A DNA stretch of 64,000 bases from positions 434,001 through 498,000 of the forward strand of contig NW_003314363.1 of NCBI RefSeq assembly GCF_000143415.4, read 5' to 3'. The notes under the pieces are model-generated. The model saw nothing but the letters and a program-made list of their open reading frames with translations. It did no database searches and had not been told where the DNA came from. Made by a program: the position numbers and the translations under genes. The stretch's first letter is position 1, and every line of letters starts with the position of its first letter. Below, one piece after another: positions 49,994 through 61,008 of the stretch. This stretch comes from Selaginella moellendorffii. Lineage: Eukaryota; Plantae; Lycopodiophyta.

Positions 49994-51701
49994 CTAGATC
50001 TTGCCACCTTGCCGGCATTGAAAAAGCCCTAGAAATCTCCCCCCCGCCACCTTTGCATGGATCTTCTCGTGGGTCGATCGCTCACCCTTGACGATCCCAT
50101 CGTTCCCAGCCAGCATCCGGTACTTGTCCCTCCTCGTGAAATTCGTGCACTCGTAGCCAAGAGCCCTCGCCAGCTTCTCCTGGACGAAGTTGGCCACCTC
50201 GATGCTCGTCCTCTTGCCGGACGAGACCGTCCACTCGTCGGGCACGCGATCCAGGAACTCGATAGTGTAGGCCGGGAAGGGATTGAGCAGGAAGAAGAGC
50301 GGATCCAGCGCCTTCCACCCCCGCGCCGTGGATCCATGGAAGAACTGGAAGCGCACCGCCACCGCCACCGGCACGATGATGTCCGTCAGCTCCGCGAAGA
50401 GGGAGCTGAATCGCAGCAAGTAGGGCTCGCGGCACGTCGTGCCCTCGGGGCACATCACGAGATCGCCTTGCGCGAGCAGCGCCCGGATGGCGCGCGCGTC
50501 CTGGCTGCGCGATCGCGTCAGCCGCATCGTCTTGATCGGCGCCAGCAGCTCCGAGACGCGGCTGATGCTGTAGGTGACCGCCGTGACGCGCCGGCTGGCG
50601 CACACCGAGAGGAAGAGAGGATCCACCAGCATCCGGTGCGTGGCGACGAAGAGGACGCCGTGGCCGTGGATCCGCGCCGCCGCCGGCGGGCTGCCGCGCA
50701 TCCGGATCTGGAGCCCCAGCAGCGCCTCGAGGAATCCCGCCAGGGGGACGCTGGGGCTGAGCACCGCGACGAGCATGCGCGGGATGGCGAGGAGGAAGCC
50801 GAAGGGCAGCCACAGGAAGATCGCGAGCGCCGCCAGCGGCGTGGGGCGGATGGCGAATCGGCCGTCGTGGAAGACGAGCGGCTTGGGGTAGAGGGTGCGC
50901 GGCACGGGATCCACCGCCTTGGAGCTGGGCACGAGATAGACCTCCTGGAAGAGGAAGGAAGAAATTTGGGGAAGACCACCATTAGAACCGTTTGAAAAAA
51001 ATATCGATCGTTACCTTGCAGAGGGGCAGGAAGCGCGATTCCGGCGCGCGATCGCTGCTGCACAGCCCAATCCCTGGCCTCTGATCCGCGAAGCAGTCCC
51101 TGAATGCCTGTTCTTCGCTGGTCCCGTCGCCGCCGCGCACAAATCCCGTGCAAATCCCGCCGCGAGTCACCTCCAACTCGGGGCCGACGACGCGCTCCAC
51201 GCCCAGGAATTCGCGCAGGAAGGGCTCCGCGAGGATCCGGGGCGTGGCGGTGACGACGATCCGGCGCGGGCACGCCATGAACACGCGGTAGGCATCCGGA
51301 TGCATGTCCTCGAGGAAGAATTTGGGAAGAACGGCGTGCGCGACGGTGGCCACGGCCGATTCGCGGGCGCCACACACGGCGATGAAGATCGAGAGGCGCG
51401 TGGCCAGGGATGTGGAGACGAGCGCCTCGGCGGCGAGGATGAGCGGGTACATTACCAGGAGGAGGAGCGCGCGCGGGAAGCCGCCGCCGGCCTCGAAGGC
51501 GACGAGGAAGAAGTAGGGGAAGGAATTGGCGGAGCGGAGGAGCGTGCCGTGGAGATCGGACACCACGCTGGCGGCGTCACGGCCATCCAGGCAGCAATTC
51601 TCGATCGAGTCCGCGAATGTGGGCGGCGCCGCCGCTGCGTCGTGCTGGTGGTGCTTGGGCGGCGGTGGCGATGGCGCTGCTGCTCCCCTGGTGGCCGCCA
51701 T
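49994..51701 (-). CDS. sn-2 glycerol-3-phosphate acyltransferase of the land-plant GPAT1-8 family, 2 exons
   Basis: SFPYFFLVAFEAGG, VLPKFFLED, PKPLVFHDGRF, HRMLVDP (HX4D), CPEGTTCREPYLLRFS, TRRDKYRMLAGNDG; intron at about 50946-51014. Confidence 0.95.
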
Positions 51702-52831
51702 GGATTTCCTCCAGCGGCGAGCCCATGAATTGGCCTGGACTAGCAAAAACCACACCGCTACGAAATCCTCGAGCCCCACAAGCTCTCGAAACGACCTCAT
51801 GGCTGTCCGCCACAAAACTTATGATCGCTCCTCTCGCTCTTTCGCTATCCGCCTCTACTCTTCTTTCCTCTTGCCTCTCGCGTGGAATTTAATGTCGCTC
51901 AACGAAAGAATCGACCCAGCAACAACAAGAGCGCCTTCCTTTCCGAGTCTTCTTCACTCTCTTCCCTCTCTCGCTTTCTCCCACTCTTCCTTTCAAGCGA
52001 TCAATCGAGACAAAAATCTTTGCTCCTTCCCGCGGCCTCGGAATCCTCCCCGCACCGGATCAAACCAAGCATCGTTTTAGATTCCCGCGAGAATCTTCGT
52101 CCCGTATGAACTTCCCCGCTGACAAGCGATCAGCAAGAAGAAAGAAAGAAACTAGTTCTTCTAGGGCAAATGTGTGGTGGTGGTGAGAAGCTTCTGCTAA
52201 ATCTATCTAGCAGCACCGGGTCACATGATGAGTCCGTTATCGGTCAAGCGCGGGGGAATATCCACCGACCGCGCAGTGGAATCTCCCAGGGTCAACGCGG
52301 TGACAGACTGTACCGCCGCCGTGTGTTGTTTGGTTTAATAAATCAAAACAAGTGCTTTTTAAAACCTTGTAAAACGAGAAACTACGACCACGCGACGCCG
52401 CACACGCAGGCGCTGACCATGTGACCATTTCATAGTAATGAATGCCGCGCGCTTCGGAGCGTACTCTCCAAACAGTATGAATACTATAGACCGTAGTGGA
52501 GACAGTACCCCAAAATACAGCCAGGAAGGAAGCGCGCGGCACGCTCGAGAGCGCCAGCCAGCTGTACGATCTTAATGGCGGAGAAGAAGAAGGCATCTCG
52601 GCGTATATTCCACGGCCTTTTCAATTTCGGTGGTGGCATTCAATGGCCCAGTGTCCCTTTAATGGCGGGAGAAATTCTTTCTTCCCTCGGTCGGTCCTCT
52701 TTTTTCCCGTGATTGTGTGTGAAGGAATCAAATCTCGCGGATTCCCTTCCCGCTACATTTAGCTAAGCTCTTACGAGAAATTTGAATTTGTTATTTTCGT
52801 ATATCCGGATAGAGCCCTAAAATCCGGGAAT

Positions 52832-54403
52832 ATGCCCCGAATGGAGGAAGCGATGGAGCAGGACGACGAGGAGGAATGGCGCGACGAGGACGAGGCGTCG
52901 TCGGCGGTCGAGACAGGTTGTTGCTCATCCCAATCCATCCCATTGTTCGCTCTCTCGCTGCTCCAATCCTTCCCGGCGCCGTCGCACGACTCGCTCTTCT
53001 CGATCCCTGCCGCTGCCGCTACCGCTCCCGGCCTGGGGATCGATCCGGAAGCTCCCGCCGGGGTTTGCAGCTCGTCGGCGCAGGGCGCGTCGATCGCCGT
53101 GCCGCGGTCCTTGATCCCGGTGGAACCCTGCGCCAAGAACGAGGAGAATGACAAGAGCAAGGGCAACGCCGCGCACAACAGCAGCAGCGAGCAGCCGGGC
53201 AGCAAGAAGAGCCGCTCCAAGAACTGGACGCGATTGGAGATGCTCAAGCTCATCGGGCTCCGCGCGGATTACGAGGCGCGCTTCTGCGGCGGCGGCAAGA
53301 AGATGGAGCTGTGGGACGAGATCGCCGAGGCCTTGAATCGCGAGGGGATCTCCAGGGACGGGCAGCAGTGTAGGGACAAGTGGGAGAAGCTGGGCGCTAC
53401 CTACAAGGAGGTCAGGGATGGGAACAAGCCCAAGGAGGACTTCTTGCTCTACGATGTTCTCCACCCGGTCTTGTCCGGGAGAATGGCGGGGCCGAGGAAT
53501 TCCAATGCCGGCAGGATGGATGAGGATCATCGCCACCAACACCAGCAGCAGTTAGATCACCCTCAAGAACAGGGATTTGCAAACCACCAGCAGCGCGAGG
53601 ACGCTCTCAACGTTGACGAGGACGAGGTGCTGGATGGATCGGGAGGAAATGTTGGTGCGAGCTCCCAAGGTGGTGGCGGGTCTGGGCGAGCGAGGAAGAA
53701 ACGCAAGTTGCCCAAGTACGTCCCTGTCGCCGATGTTGCGGTGGTCCAGAGCTTGGTGGAAGCGGTGGTGGCGAAGCAGCAGAGGTTCTTCCGGGAGCTC
53801 CTGGATTCCATGGAGCGGCGGGAGCAAATGCGAGAGCAAATACGGCAGGAGCGCGAGGAGCAGTGGAGATCCGAGGACCGAGCTCAGAGGGCTGCGTTCA
53901 ACAACGCGATGATCTTCCTCACTCAAAAGCTGGTTGGCAACAACGACAGTGCTGGTCTCTTCGCCGCCGCCGGGCAGTTCCAGCAACTTAACAACGGGCT
54001 CTCGAATTCCCAGCCAAAGCCGGAAGGATTCGCGGGTGGCGGAGCGAAAAAGCGGAGCAAGAACTGGAAGCGGGCCGAGGTCCTCCAGCTGATAAAGCTC
54101 CGGGGCGACATGGAAGCGCAGTTCTCGAGTGGGACGAGGCGAGCAGCGGTGTGGGAGGAGCTTTCGGAGGTTCTCATGGCTCAGGGGATCCCCAGGGACG
54201 GCAAACAATGCAGGGAGAAGTGGGACAAGCTGACCGCTGCGTACAAGGACGTGAGCGACGGCGTCAAGGAGCCAGCGGACATGCCATACTTCACGGAGCT
54301 TTCGGCTGCTCTCAAGAAGCCAGCCGCGCTAGAAGTCCCTCCGATGGTGGCAGCAGTAACAGGTTCGGGAATTCTAACTGAAGTTGCTCCTGCTGCCTCG
54401 TGA
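52832..54403 (+). CDS. GT-2-type trihelix transcription factor (two trihelix domains and a central coiled coil), intronless
   Basis: RSKNWTRLEMLKLI...WDEIA...RDGQQCRDKWEKL and RSKNWKRAEVLQLI...RDGKQCREKWDKL; QQRFFRELLDSMERREQ..REEQWR coil. Confidence 0.93.
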   Translation: MPRMEEAMEQDDEEEWRDEDEASSAVETGCCSSQSIPLFALSLLQSFPAPSHDSLFSIPAAAATAPGLGIDPEAPAGVCSSSAQGASIAVPRSLIPVEPCAKNEENDKSKGNAAHNSSSEQPGSKKSRSKNWTRLEMLKLIGLRADYEARFCGGGKKMELWDEIAEALNREGISRDGQQCRDKWEKLGATYKEVRDGNKPKEDFLLYDVLHPVLSGRMAGPRNSNAGRMDEDHRHQHQQQLDHPQEQGFANHQQREDALNVDEDEVLDGSGGNVGASSQGGGGSGRARKKRKLPKYVPVADVAVVQSLVEAVVAKQQRFFRELLDSMERREQMREQIRQEREEQWRSEDRAQRAAFNNAMIFLTQKLVGNNDSAGLFAAAGQFQQLNNGLSNSQPKPEGFAGGGAKKRSKNWKRAEVLQLIKLRGDMEAQFSSGTRRAAVWEELSEVLMAQGIPRDGKQCREKWDKLTAAYKDVSDGVKEPADMPYFTELSAALKKPAALEVPPMVAAVTGSGILTEVAPAAS

Positions 54404-54687
54404 TTTCTAGCTTTCTTTTTCTTCTCTTTTCAGAGTTATGAGCAACGAAGTCTGTGTGTTGCTTCGGAGGAAGAAGCAGCAAATGATCAATTTATGGTCT
54501 ACTTGTTGACTCCTCAAGAGTTGTGAGATTTGGGAGTTCAGATCTTCGGTTGTCTTCTACTTCTCTTTGCTCTTCTGAGATTTACATTGCTCGTTTGGGT
54601 TTATATCCGACAGAGGTCTGTGTTTTTTACCTTTTTCCTTCGTTTGGCATTGATGTTGCTCTTCTCCGGCGTATGAAAGTTTCCAAG

Positions 54688-55894
54688 ATGGCGAGCTTGG
54701 GAGTAAGCTTAAGGTGGAAGGTGGGTCTTTGCAATCGGCACAAGCGGCGGCAGTGGGTTCGTCCCGTATCGTGCTCAAGCTCAAGCAAAAGTAAGAAAAT
54801 CCTTCGTTCTTTTATGTTTGCATCCGACACTTACCTCTCATCCAGATTCACCTCCGGCTTATAGAGCCCTTTTGGTCGATGTGGGTGGAACGCTGCTGGA
54901 AACGTCTCAGCCAGTGCCGCAAGTGTACGCTTCATTCGGCTCCAAGTACGGTGAGTAGGGTCTATCACATTTTCTATTGACATGCGCTGACTTTTACCCT
55001 CCCCAGGAATTCAGGCTGATGCCGATGCAATCAAAAAGGGGTTTAAGAAAGCATTCAGTGAACCATGGCCGGAGAGACTTCGCTACGAGGTTCGTCCGTA
55101 GTTACATTTCTTTTTTTCGTGGGTTGAGCTTTGAGTTCAGGGTGATGGTCGGAGGTTTTGGAAGTATGCGGTTGCCACCGCAACAGGCTGTGATAATGAT
55201 GACTACTTTGAAGAACTCTATCAGGTGAGCATAATAAGGTTACTTTTTAGTGGATCATCTATGTTCTTGTCAGTATTTTGGAAGAGGTGATGCATGGAAG
55301 CTTGTCGATGGTGCAGAGCGCGCATTGAAGGACCTGCGAGGTGCAGGAGGCAAGTTGATTTTGTTTTCCCTAGGAAGATCTTGCGATTTCTCACGTGTTT
55401 TCTGGCCTCCAGTACAGCTTGCCGTCGTTTCCAACTTTGATTCTCGCCTTCGTCCCATTCTGGCAGAGCTGAACATATCCGATGTGTAAGAGAAGCTTTT
55501 TCTTCCTACGGCCTTACGGCTGGTTTGCAGGTTTGATGCTCTTGTTATCTCTTCTGAAATTGGTCACGAGAAACCAGCGAAGGAAATATTTCTTACCGCA
55601 CTGGGTACTCTCAATGCTAAGATTGACGCTGCAAAATCTCTTAATTCTTCGAGCCATGCAGATGAGCTCGGGGTGCAAGCCAGAGACACAGTTCATGTTG
55701 GAGATGACCCCGTGGCGGACAAGCAAGGAGCGAATGCTGTTGGAATCGATGCGTGGTAAGAGCCTGTGAAAGGAAAGGGCCTTCTAAGCGGCAGGTCCTC
55801 TGACGAGTTTACTTGCAGGCTATGGAAAAAAGAAGTCAAGTCGTTTGAAGAGATCAAGGACCGCATATTGGTGCCGACAAGCTTTCCAAAATAA
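54688..55894 (+). CDS. HAD-like hydrolase (HDHD3-like), multi-exon
   Basis: LLVDVGGTLL (motif I), AVVSNFDSRL (II), EKP..EIF (III), VHVGDD..AD.QGANAVG (IV). Confidence 0.92.
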
Positions 55895-56036
55895 ATTTGC
55901 TTTCTTGCAATATTATAGAAGGGACAGTGCTTGAAAATTTTCTTAACATTCTATACTCAATGATCAAAACTATGTTTTTAATTTATAATAACAAAAAATT
56001 ATTTTAAAAAAACAATGTCATTGTTTTAAAAGAAAA

Positions 56037-56885
56037 CTAAGTAAAATTTGAATATTTAGCAGGAGAAGTGAGTGACGCATTGAAGCAAGCAGTGAGTTCT
56101 AGATATGAGAGAATGTGGTTACCTGAAGTATCTGGCGGTCTAATTGGCAGTACATAAAAACTGCTCTTTAGAACGTCCTTACATAACAAAAACAAGTTGT
56201 AAGCGAAGTCATTAGGACTTTGCAACAAGAGGACTAACAAAAAAAATTGTCATGGTTCTTACTTGCTTGCTTACAAGAGTGCATCTTTCTCGCTGCTAAT
56301 GACCACCGAAACGATTAGACTTCATATGTCTAGCCATGTCAAACTCCATCAGCAACTTCCACTTGGGCTTGAGAAACGATTGAGAGAAGAGCAAGTGCCT
56401 GAAAAATCATGTCAGAACTGGTAGCAATGACAAGCAGATGCTTTGCTCGAAGTGCCAATATAAACATCGATTTTTCTTCGACACCATAAGCTTGAGCCAC
56501 CCCACCTCCATTTTCACCACAGACAAAGTGCAGGTTAGTTTTAAGACTATGAGATGTTACAGAAAACTTACAACCAGAAGGATGTTACACTAATGCCGCA
56601 GTTGAACCAAGGGGGCGAAATCTCCATCTATACCAGAGCCTTTGATTGATGCTAGAGATGAGATACCTGTCAGTAACCACGACCTTCCTCTCAACTTTGC
56701 ACTTGAGACAAAAGAAAAGATTAAATCACGCAAGTCAAACTTACAGCATAAAATCTCATGTTATTCTGCTTTTGAGCCACCCGAAACATGATTTAACTCA
56801 TCGGAAAAGATAGCTATCTTGATCTGCGAGAAGTCTGAAGGTTGCGGTCACAACAGCCATATGAGCTGCAAATTCTGTAGGGCTA
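56037..56885 (-). pseudogene. 8-amino-7-oxononanoate synthase (BioF) remnant
   Basis: Fragments FAAHMAVVTA, RKVVVTD, DGDFAPL, CGENGGGVAQ, DVYIGTSSKA, KWKLL and LPIRPP occur in BioF order, with stops and deleted segments. Confidence 0.75.
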
Positions 56886-57319
56886 CAGAAGGAAAAAAGT
56901 AAAAGGATTGTAGCATAGTGAAAAAGAAACATCGGCGCTGCTAGAGCTGATTCAAGTCTTCTATGATGAATTGTGCAACCATAAATGAGACTAGAGCCTC
57001 TTGGTCCCATTCCAAATTGGATAGCAGCCTAGAAAGGAATAGAAAGAAATTGGCAAAGGGAAAGAATAGAATAACTGAAAGAATGGATGGTAGCACCTTG
57101 GATGCGGCGGAGCGAACACCGGATGCGTGGATAATCGTTTCCAGAAAACCGGATGAGCAATCGCATTTTTTCTTTCTCTCACGCGCATGAATCGAAAGAG
57201 CTTGCCATCAAGTGCACGATCGCATGACGGACACGCATCGTCTTCTTTCATGGATTTCATGGAGAACATTTGTTTTAGGGTTCCAAACGTGTCAAATCCC
57301 TCCAAAAAATGCTTTTGAA

Positions 57320-58963
57320 CTAACTGGGGCAAACAGCCGTGAGGAGGATGTGGACGAGCATTAGATCGACGAAGTAGCGATGGCCGATGCCGCCATGCCA
57401 GGACGTGAGCGATGGCGGCCGCCCATAGTGCCCTCCATCGCTGCAGCAGTGATCGTAGTGCCAGGGAAAGGTCATGTCGTAGGCATCCACAAATCTCGCA
57501 TGATCCATGGCGCGCCGGATCTTCTCCCCGAGTATCGCATTGAAGGCTTCCATCTTGGCGGGGTTGGATTGCATTCCTCTCGATGCGCCTGCGGGCGTGA
57601 CGGTGGAGCGGAAGATCACTCTCGTGCCTGTGCCGTTGACGAGCTCCTTCCAGAAGGCCGTGGCGTAGTCGGCGGCGGCGGCGAATTCCGCCGCGCTGTT
57701 CCATCGAATCCCGTCGTGGAGGCCCGAGTTGAGGATGACCGCGTCGGGAGACCCATCGCGGAAGAACTCGTCCTCCACAAACTCGCGATACTGCTGTTCG
57801 TAGAGTGATTCTAGACCGCGGTCGTCTCTCGATGGATCCGGGTGGCCATTGAAAACGCTCACGACTTCCATCTTCTGCGAAGAATTGGAAGGATTGGCGA
57901 CAGTGGTGCTGAAAGTCCGTGGAAGCAGGCCCTGGTGAAATCCCAGCACGAAGTTCATGAGGTTGCGAATGGTGTCCTGATGGTTTGAGTCCCCCCAGAA
58001 GAAGATCTTCTTCCCGTCCAAGCACTGCCACGCCTCAGACGGGTTCCAGAGATGGAACTCGCAGGTTCCAGTCGAGTAGACCCATCCATTGCTTTCCAGG
58101 CTTGCCAGAGTTCCTGTGCAGCGTGAGGACGTTGTCTCGCAGTACTTCTCGTCGCCGTCCAGGCAGAGGTATCGTCCATCGTGGTCTAGTTCGCAGGAGT
58201 TCTCGTTTGAAGTCAGTGATCTCGTCCATTGCCCCCACCACTTTGTTGGTGCTGACGATTTCAAGTCGTTGCTTGTGCAAACTGGGAGTGGCCTTGAGCG
58301 GTGATGCTCGCCGCTGGACGTGAAGTTGATCTGGAGAACGAACTGTTCCTGACCGCGGAACCATCTCTCCGGGTGTGAATCCATTCCATGCAAGTTTGCG
58401 AAGAGAAGGATGGCCTTGAAGCTGTAAATCCCGGCAAAATCTCCATCAACCTTGAGCTCCACGAGGTATGAGCCGTCTCCAAAGTCCGTTGTTGGTGGTC
58501 GTGACTTCCACTTTGGACCTACTTGCAGATTTCTCAGGAACGAAGAACGAAACTTATAAACGACAAGTTGCCTCGTACCTGAGAGATCTGTCTCATAGAA
58601 ATCTCCTCCAAAGCACCTCTTGCTTCCATCGGCGGCGAATGAAACGATCCAAAACCTGTGAACCTGATCCGTGGACAAGGTGATGATCCCGCTGCTCTCC
58701 TCCGGCCTGGGAACTCCAAACAGATGCCCGAATGCCGTGCTCACGTTGTGACAGCTCCTTGTCCCATTTTCAGACAAACGCAAGAGATCGAAGCCTGTTG
58801 AAGGACCGGATGGCTGGAAAAATTGGGGGGAATTGACTTCCTTTCCGCTCTGGAGGAGGAGAGAGCCCTTCCGGAACCTGGAGGGCATAAAATAGAGTAG
58901 GATCGTCGAGACGAGCAGAAGGATCACTAGAGCGCTGCCGGCTGGCCAAGCCCGAGCCGTCAT
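57320..58963 (-). CDS. Type II membrane SGNH/PC-esterase-like protein (At3g06150/At5g19060-like)
   Basis: N-terminal TM helix, GGDFYETDLSG..WKSRPP, FFWGDSNHQDTIRN (GDS), NSGLHD, CCSDGGHYG (DxxH); 60-nt intron at 58519-58578. Confidence 0.85.
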   Translation of the reverse strand: MTARAWPAGSALVILLLVSTILLYFMPSRFRKGSLLLQSGKEVNSPQFFQPSGPSTGFDLLRLSENGTRSCHNVSTAFGHLFGVPRPEESSGIITLSTDQVHRFWIVSFAADGSKRCFGGDFYETDLSGTRQLVVYKFRSSFLRNLQVGPKWKSRPPTTDFGDGSYLVELKVDGDFAGIYSFKAILLFANLHGMDSHPERWFRGQEQFVLQINFTSSGEHHRSRPLPVCTSNDLKSSAPTKWWGQWTRSLTSNENSCELDHDGRYLCLDGDEKYCETTSSRCTGTLASLESNGWVYSTGTCEFHLWNPSEAWQCLDGKKIFFWGDSNHQDTIRNLMNFVLGFHQGLLPRTFSTTVANPSNSSQKMEVVSVFNGHPDPSRDDRGLESLYEQQYREFVEDEFFRDGSPDAVILNSGLHDGIRWNSAAEFAAAADYATAFWKELVNGTGTRVIFRSTVTPAGASRGMQSNPAKMEAFNAILGEKIRRAMDHARFVDAYDMTFPWHYDHCCSDGGHYGRPPSLTSWHGGIGHRYFVDLMLVHILLTAVCPS

Positions 58964-60764
58964 GCTGGGGCCTAATTGGGTGCCAACACTTTCAGGAGAT
59001 GCGATCAAACAAGGCAATTTCGCCGTCAGAGCGGTTTAAGGATTTCTTACACATGACAAATGGCGCTCCTCCTGTTCCCGGACCGTTACTTACTTGCAGG
59101 GCTCCTTCAAAGAGTGGTCCAACTACATTCCCAGCTCCGCAAAAACGAAGATATCCTAGAATATTTTTCAATGTAAAGGTTAATCTGCCACACTTTAAGC
59201 ATATACGGTTTTGATAGGCGTTAATTTGTTTCATTAATTATACTACGGTGGGTTCCTTGCTTCCTCAATGTTAACTCAATGTCCAAGTGACAGAACTTGG
59301 TGGTTTCTACTTTGGCAAGATGTTCACTCACCTCCACTTTCAGGTTCACTACATTGTAAATGTCGTTGGATTGTGGTTGTGGGTTTAATGATCGGTCATC
59401 ACGCAAGAAGATGGATCTTAGTTTGAGAAGAAAAGTGATTGAGATCATATATCCTTAACTAAATGTAATAATACATAGGTAATACAAATAGCCATTGCGA
59501 TTCAAAACACATGAAGATTCCGTCACCTTGAGGAAAATTAAAGTTATATACACCACTGATCATAGCAGATCTTGACCACTATCTGCTGCTGTAGCTTCTA
59601 GATCACAATCTACAGAACTCACCAGATCTCAGTAGCGATGTCTGCGCCAATTTGGACAGCAAGCATCCTCTGGATCCACATCGTGGTCAAATACGTGGTA
59701 AGGCCAAATTAGTTTAGTTTTGGATTAAAAAAACCAAAATATTAAGAAAGGAACAATATGCTGCCTGAGGAATTAGGGTTCCTTGGTGATAGTGAATTAA
59801 AGTACAATTACTTACAAAAATATACCTGGCAAGGTGTTTAGAAGATTTTCATAATCTATTTTTTCTAAGTCCTGTATGATTTTTAGAATATTGTTGATAG
59901 CAGTCTATATCAACCTTCCTGAAGCCTCTAGTCGTGCCATCGTAGAAGTTGGAAGTTTGATCAAGAGCACTTAAGGTAATAAAAAATGCTCTGAGTTTTC
60001 CTTTTCAAGCTCTCTTCTTTCAACTTTTTTCTTTTGACCAGTTCTCTAATAGATTGATGGGTAACTATGTAACATTGGCAGGATTTTTGTCTCTGACACA
60101 TGCCATTTTCAGCAAGAGGAGTTTCTTAGATCGAATTGGTTTTCTTATTTAAATTAAATATATATTTTTTTTATTACCATATAGTATAAGTCTTGGGCAA
60201 ATGACCTCAAAGAAATCCATAGTAACAAAAATAAATAAAAGTTAAATAAGGATGGTTTAACATTTAGAACATGGTTAAAGAAAATAATTTGCTCCTCTAA
60301 CAGGTTAGAAACTATTGATTATAATTTTGTTACTTTGATTATGAATGGGCGTTTTTGGATCTTACACACGAAACAACAACCGGAGGAAATGGTGAACTTT
60401 CCTCAACGTTTTTACAAACAAGAATCAGCATTTTTAGAGACCGAAGATACTCCTTAACGAAATATGATAAAAGAGAGAAGCTACCATTCATGGTAATTAA
60501 ATACGCTGGCATCTAATCGACCGATCAAGGCATCATATCAAGTACAGATTTCTCTTATTCCATACGTTTGCATGAGCTTACGGATGAATCTAGTTATATA
60601 AATCTAACGGGGAGGTTTGGTGTGGTTGGATGAACCTTATCAAATGATAGCGTCGCGCAAGATCCAATTCTGTGGCCTGTCCCAAGCTTTCGTGACTCCT
60701 CTTGCTCCCAAAATACTTAGCTTAATATACGTGCCAACCTGTCGTCCCAATCAGAATCTTGACT

Positions 60765-60773
60765 AAACCCTAA
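60765..60773 (+). promoter_or_regulatory. Telo-box near the presumed SHMT transcription start
   Basis: AAACCCTAA preceded by CCAAT at ~60747. Confidence 0.5.
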
Positions 60774-61008
60774 ATCATTTTAGGGCTCTTGAAAGTGGAA
60801 ACGAATATTCTCTTTCTTTTCTTTCTTTTCTTTCTTTCTGTTATTTGGACCAGGGGGGATGTATGTATCTAGGGCTCCACGCTTCGAGGCCAAGGCGATT
60901 CTCTACCCTGTAAGTTTTCGATCGCTTCCTAGGCATTCAGCCATGGCGGCGGCGCAATCGAGTTGGTGCTGTTGTTGATTCCTTGCCACAGCTTGATTTT
61001 TGGGGCCG

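Noticed and set aside
50029-54208. Long antisense and alternate-frame ORFs over GPAT and the trihelix gene (likewise over PPR, SHMT and 63134-63978)
   Set aside because: Shadow ORFs expected from GC-rich coding sequence.
35060-58578. Several in-frame, stop-free introns (MEX1, SLC4 x2, RRM x2, SGNH-like)
   Set aside because: With dozens of ~55-65 nt introns in the window, a handful of 3n stop-free ones is expected by chance.
59200-60600. Short ORFs and exon-like patches between the SGNH-like gene and SHMT
   Set aside because: No recognisable homology, repeat or element termini.
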